Below are positions 29,961 through 62,000 of a stretch of DNA of 62,000 nucleotides, one piece after another; position 1 is the first letter of the stretch; each line of letters begins with the position of its first letter. The position numbers and the translations under genes are program-made. The notes under the pieces are model-generated. The model saw only the letters and a list, made by a program, of their open reading frames with translations. It was not told where the DNA came from and did no database searches. Origin of the DNA: Vicugna vicugna (lineage: Eukaryota); assembly GCA_013265495.1 (NCBI GenBank), contig MU057560.1:1920909-1982908 (forward strand). Reading direction: 5' to 3'.

Positions 29961-32290
29961 GGAACCCCGGCCTCTGTGCAGCCGGCACACTAGCGGCCTC
30001 GGACCCCTTCCCGCGCCCACAGCATCTTGTCGCAGACGCGCGTCCTCCTGCGGCCGCTGGGTGGCAGTGTGGACACACAGGTGCGCGCTTGCCCGCCGGG
30101 CAGCCCCGGGCTGTCTCTCGGTGCCCATCCATCTCACGCTCCACGGAGGGCTCTGAAAAGAACACGTACACCAGCTTTTCGGTCACGCCTCGCTGCGGCA
30201 CCTAATAAATCCTGGCTCTCCCCTCCACAGACTGTCTCCCGCTGCTCCGCGGATCAGTTGCCGCAGCCTCCACCTCAGGCCCCGTCTGGAGGAGCCGGGG
30301 CTAAATTAGCCGCAGAGCTGCTGGCTTCATGCCAGTCGCTCACACCCTGTCAAATTCTCTTGGAAACCGTCGGGCCCTGCAGAGGTGTGTGGCCCAGCAC
30401 AGACAAAGGCAGGCGTGTCTTTCCTGCGCTCAGTGTGAGCACAGAGTCTCTGAAGGGAGCTGAGTGGAGGTGGGGCAGGAGGGGGCAGGAGCAGGAGAAG
30501 GTGGGGGCAGGAGGGGTGGGGGCAGAAGGGATGCAGATCAGCGCCCTTTGGTCTAGCCTGAGAGTCGAGAGAACAGAGATGCTTCCATCCCGCCTCCTCA
30601 CCTGCCAGTGAGGAGCAGAGACCCAGCGAGGCGCGGGCTGGCCCTGGGCTGCACTGAGCCCGGGAGGAGCCCACCCCAAACCCAGGCTGCCCCGTCCAGC
30701 TGACTGAGGGCAGTCGCAGGGGCACCAGGGAAGCTCAGGCTTCAGGACCTCCTCCCAGGCCCCTCCCAGGCCCCTCCCGACCGCAGCCACCATGAGATCA
30801 GCTCACCTGTACAGGCCCTCTTGGGACCAAATCTGCCCCAGGCAAGAGGGGGGCGTGTCCTGTGCAGGGCGGGCAGCTGGGCCCCTCAGGACCGTTCGCA
30901 TGGGCGGGGATGCCCGACTGCCCCGCTGGCCTGCGGGGGCTGTGGGGCTCCCACGGGAACCAGACCAGGGCCTGCTGCTTTGGCCCCTGTGGTTCCCACA
31001 GCAACAGCAGCCTGTCCTGAGCTCGGTCCTCAGGGCACATGAAGAGGACCAGTCCCCTTGGGAGAAAGCCGCCAGCTCTCCAGGCCTTCCCTCCAGGGCA
31101 GTCACTATACAAACATCCCACAGACGGAGTCCACAACAGCGGGCAGCCAGGGCCTGGCTCCCAAGACGCACAGACACACGGGAGGCCCTGGACGGCTGTC
31201 TCCCCACTGCCCCTTATCGCCCCAACCCCAGCTGTCTTCCTTTGTGTGTGAAGTCTGCGTGTTTCCTTTGGAAAATGAACACGTGCATTCTTTTTTACTA
31301 GGGATTCTGATGCACAAAAAGAACCATGGTGACTGTGGCCGGCAGCTCTGGAATGGCCCCCGGTGGTCCCGCCTCCAGGAAACCCGTCCCCGAGTGCAGG
31401 TTGGACCTGGTGACTGGCTCCTAAGGCCAGAATGCAGACGGTGGTGATGTCACTTCCAGGGGTGGGCTCACACTCTGGCTCCGGCCCTCCCATGCTGCCC
31501 GGAGGCAGCCAGTGGTTGCGTGGGGAGCTGCCCAGGGCAGAGGCGCCCAGCAAGGAGCCCACGAGGAGCTGAATCCCACCCGCCACCTCCCAGTCGGTTG
31601 TGGGTGGTGAGACGGTGCCCCACCGCGCCCTGGGGGGAGCCCTAACGGTGAGGGCGCTGACGTTTTTGTCCCCAGCTGCTGTTTTCGGGTGACTGTGATA
31701 CAGAAATAGGTAACAATACAGCTAGTAAAGAAACTGAGAGCGAAAAATAACACCACACATTCAGTTGTCAAATGCAGAGGATTTTTTTCCCTGAACTCCG
31801 GGTTTGCGGCAAAGCAAAATTGTTTCTAGTTGGTTAACAGTGAAAAGGAATGTGTGACTTAATATAATTTAAAGAAACATTGGCCGAAGTTAAAAGGACT
31901 CTTTTCCATACGGAAATGAAAAGGAGGAAAGTAGCGTAAGAGCCCGCCACGCGTCTGCGCTTCTGGGGGGCGAAGGGCGGAGGCGCCGCTTCCCGCCTGG
32001 GACGCGGCCGCGGGCAGGGCTGAGGGACGCTTACATAACGGACATCTGGGCGTCAGTACGAGTAATAAAACTTCAGGTCTTCAGAAATAACACCCACAAG
32101 CACTGTTTTTTTCACCTAAGCCTGCGCCGTTCTCTAAGGTTCAGAAAAGGAGCCTGTACTGGGAAACCCGCACCCCTGCCGGGGGACAGTGGCGGCGGGA
32201 AGCCCCGCCCCCGACCGCGAGGACGGCTGGCGCCGCCGCCTGGGGGGCGGGGGGCTGCCACCTGCCAGCGCTGCAGAGGCAGGGCCTCGG

Positions 32291-54546
<22,256 letters not shown>

Positions 54547-54713
54547 AATGAGCCTCACAGGACGCTGACCCCTGAGGGAAGGAAGGAAGGCATAAACAGT
54601 GACAGGAATTCCGAAAGCCCGACAGCAAGTGACAGTGTGCAGGCCACACCGGCCACCCCACCCCTCCGAGGGGCCAGGGCCGCAGCTGCCCGGAGCCCCT
54701 CCCATCGTTTTGC

Positions 54714-54756
54714 TCTCCCTCCCTCCCTCCCTCCCTCCCTCTCCCTCTCTCCCTCA
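54714..54756. repeat. (CCCT)n simple repeat
   Basis: ctccctccctccctccctccctccctctccctctccct. Confidence 0.85.
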
Positions 54757-56639
54757 CTCCCCACCTCCACAGAGATGCTCCCTTTGCCCAGGGGCGACCA
54801 CCCTGGGAGGCGTAACTGGTTCTTTGTAACTGATATTTAATACATACAAAGGCGTGTCTGTGCTTCATGAACCCCGCAGTGCTCAGCTAGAGAACAAGCC
54901 TTGGGGGCCGCCCCCTCCTCATGCCAAGTCTCGCCAAGTCGGAGTCGGGGTGCCCATCCCGGCTCCCCATCTCCCCTCAGAGGAGCCGCTCCCCTGGACT
55001 GTGGACCCGCCAGGCTCCGGCCACGGCTGGAGTCCACGCACGGGGATGGGCTCAGGCAGCACAGGCTCCCGGCTGCCGGAGTCAGGGCTTCCTAGCCACC
55101 AGGTCACGCTGCACGGTCTTCTGTGACACTGCTCTACTCAACAGTCTGACCAGGATCCATCCACGCTCCTACGCGCACTGTAGCTTATCAGATACCTCCT
55201 TCTATGAATGAGAAAGCACCTGTCACCAGGGGTGCAGGACAGGGATAGAGGTTGGAAGGGTCAGGGGAACAGAGCTGGTCCCACATCCCTGTGGGGACCA
55301 TACGTGCCGGTCCCGGCTGCGGCCGGTGGGGAAGTCTTGGTGGCAGCAGGCAGAGACCTGCCCACGGAACTTCAGTGTCTGGACAGCACAGTGTCTGGGG
55401 ACAGCTGTGCACCTGGCTGCACCCGGACCAGTGCCCGGGCCGGACGGCCTCTCCTCTGTCAGCATGTTTCCTCCCTGACCCCGGGTCATCCTAAGGGAGG
55501 CAGTGGGGTGCGGGCAGCTCACTTGACAGCCACCACCCTGCGAGGCAGCCCCACAGCTTCCAGACAAACCGGAGCTGGAAGCAGCACTTCTGAGCTGCAG
55601 GTGCTCTGTGTCCCCAGAAAGGGCCCACCCTCTAGCACGTCTTGTGTGAAGGGGGCACAGGCAAAAAACGTTCCCGCAGGGAGGCCCGCTCCCCTGTGTG
55701 GTCACAGAGCTGACCCTGCCGGTGCCGACGCCACTCCCCGCCGGCCCAACCGTCAGCCTCCGCGCAGCGCGGCCGGGGCCAGTCCCCTCCCTAAGTCACA
55801 GCAGCAGCGGGCTTGCACTGCGTTGAGGTTTGTGCTCTTTATGTTAGGGGGAGGGAAAAGGAGGAGATGAGTATTGTGTAACAACCGTGGACACGCATAT
55901 CTTATTTAATTCCCTCAACCATCTCAGGGAGCATAGGGGTCCTCGTTTTAAAGACCACGAAGATCAAGCTGGAAGAGGCTGACCTGTCAGCCTAGGTCAT
56001 GGCCTCGCCACACGCTGTCCCCCTGGCCTGCTCCCTGCGCTCACACTGGTATTAGGACCACGAGGGAGAGAGGGAGGGACGTGCCCACAGCCGGGTGGGG
56101 TGAGCCGGGCTCCTCCATAGCCCTGCGGAGCCCTGGGTCCCCGTGCGAGCGGCTCGTACGGGACCCGGGCATCCTGGGCACCTTCGGCTGTAAGTGGGAG
56201 GGCTCGGGGCACGTGGGGCCCAGGGTTTGCAGGCGCTGACGTGAGTGAGCGAGAGAAAGAGCGGACGAGCACGGAGTCGCTCACACCCATGGCTCAGACA
56301 GACCTGGAGCTCTTCTCCTAATGACGGTTTTCCACGTTCCCACTGGGCTGACCCAGCCTCGCCCGCGCGGCAGCCCCAGGGCCGGCTCCTCGGACACGCG
56401 ACCCGCGCAGACCCGCGCAGAGGGCCGCGTGGTGGGACTGTGGTTCGCTGTTCTGGGATTCCTGACGGTTTTCCAACCAAGGGGCCCAGAGGGGTTGACG
56501 GCAGGCTGGGTCACGCACTGCGGTCTTAGCGTAGCGCGCGCGGCTGCTGCTCCAGCCCAGGTAGCTTCTCTCCAGGACGCAGCTCTTAACAGCAAGGATG
56601 GTAGGGTTTTGTGTGTCAACTAGATGGCAACTTTTGTTA

Positions 56640-56725
56640 ATTTTTTAATGGAGGTACTGGACACTGGACCCAGGGCCTCGTGCAGGCTGAGCACACCCTC
56701 TACCGTTGAGCTCTACCCTCTCCCC
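56640..56725 (-). mobile_element. tRNA-derived SINE (Vic-1-like), short form
   Basis: Reverse-complement head; flanked by tggcaa(c/t)ttt on both sides. Confidence 0.85.
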
Positions 56726-57160
56726 ACGTGGCAATTTTCTAAAAACCCACAATAAGCGTTTACTCCACTGACTGCGGTGCTCAGGTCAATGGATACCTGC
56801 TTCTTGGTATCTGTCAGATGCAGATGGTGTTCCGGTCTTTCTAAACGTCTCAGGCTTCGAAGGCTGACACGGGAATTTCCTCTTTAGAGAAACAACCCTG
56901 CTGTTTGGCAAGACTTACTGCCTCTCCCTGCAGGTCCCCAGGGCGGCCTGGAGATCAGATCCCACCTCCCACGGAAGGTGAGCACTGGACGGAAGCCGCC
57001 GTCCCTCACTCACCCCACCCCTGTCCACTGACCCCCGGCCCCGGGCGTCTGGTCCACGCGGCGGGTCCTGCTGGCAGAGGTCAGGGTGGAGGGCCCTGAG
57101 TGGGAGCCTCTTTCCCAGACTTTGGGCTCTTTCCTGCCCTCTCAGAAGTGGAATTTTGTT

Positions 57161-57245
57161 CTGTTTTAAGCAGAGGCACTGGGGAGTGAACCCAGGACCT
57201 CACGCATGCTAAGCACGCGCTCCACCCCTGAGCTGTACCCTCCCC
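57161..57245 (-). mobile_element. tRNA-derived SINE (Vic-1-like), short form
   Basis: gaacccaggacctcacgcatgctaagcacgcgctccacccctgagctgtaccctcccc; TSD ggaattttgtt on both sides. Confidence 0.88.
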
Positions 57246-57769
57246 AAGGAATTTTGTTTTATAAACGGGGAAGCCACAGCTCCCCACCCCGACCCCCTCG
57301 TCTCGGGCCAGGCTCGGGCCACCCCCTCAGTGAAGGAGGCCAGCTCTTCAGAGAGGAAAGGAAAGTCAGTTTGGAATTCTCAGCAGACATCCATTGTAAG
57401 AATGAAACAGACAATGAAAAAAAAACGCGGCTTAATTGGCCAAACATGCAGTTGTGCATTTTCATTAATTGTCTGTGGCAGGCCCAGCATTTTATGGGAA
57501 CGTGAATTCCTGGGAGAAGCTCTTCCCTGAAGCTCTGGGGAGCCCAGGGCGCATGGGCCAAGGGACACCCAGCTGACCGCCGTTTAGCCTCCCACGGCGA
57601 CACTGGCCTCCCCTGCGGCTGCGGCCCTGACAGAGTCTCACGGCAGAGGCACATGCTTCCCTGCTGTCCACCAAGACCATGAAGTAAGGCGAGGCCTTTT
57701 CCCTACAGTTTACCCCGAGTTTTATGCAGATCATCTGTTCTCTTTTTTTTTTTCTTAACCATTTTGAGG

Positions 57770-57886
57770 TTTTTTTGGGGTTCTTAATTAGGTCTATTTA
57801 TTTTAATGAAAGTACTGGGGATTGAACCCAGGACCTTGTGCACGCTAAGCACATGCCCTACCACTGAGTGCTACCCGCTTCCCCCC
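57770..57886 (-). mobile_element. tRNA-derived SINE (Vic-1-like), long-tail form
   Basis: taattaggtctatttatt...ggggattgaacccaggacct...ccactgag. Confidence 0.88.
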
Positions 57887-59297
57887 AACCTGCCCTCTTA
57901 TTTGGCATATAGATGTTTCAAAATTGTAAATAAAATTGAATAGTGGTGCAAACAAGTGCTTCCCATCAAACAAAGATTCAGCCACACACACTTGATTCCC
58001 GAACTTTGCCCTTTCAGCTCAGAACTGCTGCCTAACTTCAGCCCAGCAGGCCGGCCAGGCCTGACAGCACCTGTGGCGTTCCCATCCAGTCCAGTTTCAG
58101 AGACAGGATGACCCACCCTGTAGAAGACGCCCCTGTTCGCCCTTGGAAGTTGCCTTCTCCGGCCCCGCCTTCCCCCCCACGTCTGGGATGCCCATTTCTG
58201 AGCCCAAAACAGCGGCTGGCCTCTGGGTGCAGACGAGTTGGCCTCGCTGCGGCCCCAGCCTGCCCAGGAGGGCAGGAGCGAGGACTGGGTCTGTGGCCAC
58301 TTTGTTCACAGGCTGGGGCTCAGGGAACCCTGTAAATCTGCGTAACTGGCAGGGCTTGACTCAGCCTCCCAGTGATGGACAGAGCCAAGTCCTCCTCACC
58401 CGTCAGCTCCAGAAATCTCCACCCTGAACTACAGAATTAACCAAATCTTGAATTCCGGTGCCTGGTCCCGGTGACAGACCCGCCTGAGGGCAGCTCCCCA
58501 CCCCGGACCCAGGTCCTCCCTCTGCCTCTGCCCTGTCGGGTCCGCGCCCCCCACCCTGGCGTCTCCCCACCCCGTCCTGCTCCCCAAGGCTGCAGAGCGT
58601 CCCTACCTGAGGAGTGCACCAGGCAGAAGGGCGTCCTGACCACCGGCCGGCCGTGGGGACACTGCGCCCGGGGCCTCAGGGCTGCTATTCTCGGGCCGCG
58701 GTCCACACGCAGGGCAATTGGCCCGGCTGTCAGACCTCCTGGCAACTCAGGCTGGGGCTGCGGGGTTATCTGCAAACAGCTTCCTGTTTGAAAAATCCAT
58801 CAGCTGTCCTGCTGAGGGTGGGGAGGGAGTGTGGGAACGGGACGTGTGAGATGTCAGGGCTCCCGGGTCCGTCCTGGAGACGCCCCAAAACTTCAGCCCA
58901 GACTCCCCAGTCAGCCCCTCTTTTGTCCATCTTTTTGTTCCTCTCGTTTCTTTTTTTGAAAAAATAAGCATGAGTATTGTGGAAATTCGGGAAAGCAGAA
59001 AGAAGAGTGACAATGATCGCCTGGGGTCACAGCAGACCGGGGTGGACACGGCGGACACATTTCAGTTTTCCACATGGGTTTCACTTCAAACGCATGAAGT
59101 ACTCGTCTATCGCTCGTCAGGCCTGAGCCGTGGGGAGACCCCAAACCCCTCCACTCTCTGGAGTTTCACTGAAGGCCGTACATGCCAAATCCATGTGTCC
59201 GGAGGGGCTGGGCAAACCCGGCTTCCGTGTGACCTGACTTACTCAAGAGGGGGGTTTCTCTAGGAAAAAGACACGTGTAGACACTAACTGCTCTAAC

Positions 59298-59472
59298 AAA
59301 ACAGACAAACGAGGTCCTCCTGCACAGCACAGGGAACTGTGCTCGGTACCTTGTAATGGCCCGTAATGAAAAAGAAAAAAAAAAGAGCAGATACACGTGT
59401 AACTGAATCACAGTGCTGTGCACCAGAAGCTGACACAGCACCGTAAATCGGCTACACTTCAATAAAGAAAAG
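59298..59472 (+). mobile_element. LINE-1 extreme 3' end
   Basis: gtcctcctgcacagcacagggaact...gtaactgaatcacagtgctgtgcaccagaa...cttcaataaa. Confidence 0.8.
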
Positions 59473-59589
59473 ACAGTATAAAATTATGATCATAAACAGT
59501 TAGGTTCAAAGGTGAACATTCCTTAAGACTGACAAGAGAAGTCATGACAAATTCACACATCACAAAACCCACGGAAAAGAATGGCTTCT

Positions 59590-61840
59590 TTATTAAAACC
59601 ACCTGACCACATAAGTAAATCTGACAACGCAGGTGAAAACAGACCACTTTCTGGAAAGCACCCACTACCACCGTGCACCCAACATGAAACAGAGAATTCA
59701 GTAGCCCTGTGGCGATTCAGGGGGTTGAATTCGTAATTTTAAAACTCCCAAAAAGGAAGCCTCTAGGCCAGATGGTTTCGCAGGAGAATTCTACCAAAAG
59801 TTTAAAGAAAAATTAACACCAATTCCACACACGTCTTCCAGAAAATAAGAGGACGGAGCACTTACCAATGCGCTTTATGAAGCTGGTGTTACCCTGATAC
59901 CCAAACCAGACAAGAACAGCCCCAAAAGGGAAAACCCGCAAGGAGGTAGATGGAAAACCCTTTAACAGAACACTAGCCAGGGGACCTGGGCGCTATATGA
60001 GAAGATGTGCAAGCTATGGCCAAGCTGGGAGTTTGGGGGCTGCAAAGCTGGGTCAGCACCCAAAAGTCAACCGAGGGAACCCACCACACCAACAAGGCAA
60101 CAAGGAGACACCGCACGATCACACCCACTGAGGCAGGAAAGCGCCTGACAAAACTCGACCCCTCGTGACAGGAACGGAGGGGGCTGCCCCAGCTCGACAA
60201 CAAGCACCCATTTTTGATATAAAAAAGTGTGTTTTTATTGGAATAAATCTGACATACAACGAGCAAGGCACACACGGGTGGACCTGCCACGGCCACAGGC
60301 GGTGACACTGGCCACAGCAGCGTTAGTCAGCGCTCTGCTACATCACACGGTCATTTCTTTTCTTGAGGTGGGAATAATTAAGATCTAGTCTCAGGAGTTT
60401 TGATGACTTTAATAAAATATTGTTGTCTATATTCGCTGGACTGTGCATCAGATCTCCAGGACTTGTTTATCTTGCGAGTTTGTTCCCTTGATCATCTCTC
60501 CTAGTCCCCAGCTCCGCCCCGACAGCCACCACGCCGCCGTCTCCAGGGGTCCGGGTTCCTAGAGCCACACGTGAGTTACATCAGACAGCACATGCCCGTC
60601 TCCGACTCATCTCGCTCAGCGTAACGACCTCGCGGTCCAGCCGCGCTGTCACAGATGGAGGGGCGGTCCTCCTCGTGGCCGAACAACCCCCGACTGCGTG
60701 CACACGGCTTTGATCTGCTCATCCTGTGACGGGCACTTGGTGTCTGCACTCGGCTACCGTGAACGAAGCTGCAGGAAACCTGGGGGGTGGGGGTCCCTGT
60801 GCCAATGCGGTTCCCCACCTTCGCGGGTGGACCCAGAAGTGGAATTGTGGGACCCTGCAGTGGCTCTGTTTTTAGTTTTTTGAGGGACCTCCACACTGTT
60901 CTCCATGGTGGCTGCCCCAGTTTACATCCCCACCAGCAGTGTTTTCTTCTTGTTACCTCTCGTCTGCTTGGTGACTGGCATCCCGGCACGTGTGAGGTGA
61001 CACCTCGCCGTGGCTCTGATCTGCATGTCCCTGATGAGTGACGAAGCGGAGCCCCCCTCATGTGTTTGCAGGCCATTTGGATGTCCTTCGGGAAAATGTC
61101 TTTCTAGTCCCTCAGAGAGCGCCTATCCTTAAACACCGACACCAGCACCATCCCCAGTGAGGGCCGGTGTCTCCTGGTCAGGAGGGCCAGGAAGCACTCC
61201 TGCCTCTTACTCAGCATCACGCGGGGAGCTCCAGCCAGTGCAGAAGGCACAAAACAAAACCCACACGGGTCAGAAAGGGGAAAGTTCAACAGCCCCTTGT
61301 GCAGACGACATGATGGTCTGCTAAGAAAACCCCAAGGAGTCTGCCAAATCTCCTAGAACCATCAGGAGGGCTCAGCAAGGTCTCAGGATACAAGATAAAC
61401 ACACAAAAATCAGTTTCACTTCTGCAAGTTAGCAATGAACACATGGGCATTGAAATTAAAAGCATATAATTTGCAATTGTTCAGACAAGTGAAATGCTTA
61501 GGTGTAAATCTAACAAAACATGTGCAGGACCTACATGCTGCACAAACGGAGAGACGTGCCGTGTTCACAGACGGGAAGGTTCGGCACAGTGAGGCTGTCA
61601 CTTCTCCCAAATAGATCGACAAGCGTCACACAATTCCTAGGAAAGCCCCAGCAAGAATTTCTGTGGATGCAGACCCTGCTATTCTGCAGTTTGTATGAAG
61701 GACAAAGGGAACAGAATACAGCTAACATAGCTTTGAAGAAGAATGAAGTAGGAGGAATCAGTCTGCCCCATTTCAAGGCTTATTATGCAGTGTGGGGCAG
61801 GACAGAGAACCCACACAAATACAGCCAGCTGACTTTTTAA
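59590..61840 (+). mobile_element. Ancient L1 ORF2 relic split by an antisense L1 3' fragment (about 60225-61105)
   Basis: ccagatggtttcgcaggagaattctaccaaa...ccctgatacccaaaccagaca, and after the insert gcagacgacatgatg...aggatacaagataaacacacaaaaatcag; the insert ORF 60576-61076 (-) contains KHCWWGCKLGQPPWRTVWRSLKKLK. Confidence 0.85.
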
Positions 61841-61844
61841 GGTT

Positions 61845-62000
61845 TCTTTTTATTGTGGTCAAATGCACGTAACCTTTACCCTCTTCATCACCTGAGTGTG
61901 TGCAGCTCGGTGGCACTGAAAACGTTCATAATGTCGTGCAACCATCACCACCATCCGTCCTCGTGGTTCCTCCCGCCTGGTGAAGCTGAACCCCCATCCC
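61845..62000 (-). mobile_element. Antisense L1M 3' end, runs off the window
   Basis: ttttattgtggtcaaatgcacgtaac...cagctcggtggcactga...gtgcaaccatcaccaccatcc. Confidence 0.7.

Noticed and set aside
30160..30330. Alternative candidate for ALLC exon 1 (minus-strand donor-like GTACGT near 30169)
   Set aside because: No independent support; weaker than the 25858 candidate.
54572..62000. COLEC11 non-coding exon 1 and promoter
   Set aside because: Nothing confidently identifiable; the distal part is L1-derived, so exon 1 probably lies beyond the window.

Overview
Eukaryotic (mammalian, most likely camelid) genomic DNA, GC-rich and repeat-laden. It carries two minus-strand genes in the known tandem order COLEC11 -> ALLC. 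COLEC11 (collectin-11/CL-K1) has all six coding exons between 54546 and 32291. They splice at GT-AG sites into an intact 804-nt ORF (267 aa) with signal peptide, collagen domain, neck and an EPN/WND C-type lectin domain; its non-coding first exon was not located. ALLC (allantoicase) has nine coding exons between 19586 and 2299 (907 nt, open frame); the remaining 3' exons were not found and probably lie left of the window. The rest is intron and intergenic sequence: ancient and younger L1s, about 10 tRNA-derived SINEs of the camelid Vic-1 type, L2/MIR relics, MLT1 LTRs, MER DNA-transposon relics, an 18-bp minisatellite, a ~613-bp tandem duplication and one 94-N gap. I found no evidence of an undescribed multi-gene system; most long ORFs in the track are GC-rich or antisense artefacts. 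The most notable observations are: an E->Q change in the first conserved allantoicase DGWETRR motif; extreme local GC3 (121 consecutive G/C-ending codons) with GC-shifted old repeats, suggesting GC-biased gene conversion; no canonical poly(A) signal near the COLEC11 3' end; a candidate ALLC first exon with an RFX-like box; and the tandem duplication with uneven divergence. All coordinates were counted by hand. Repeat family names and human reference sequences are recalled from memory, not from database searches.
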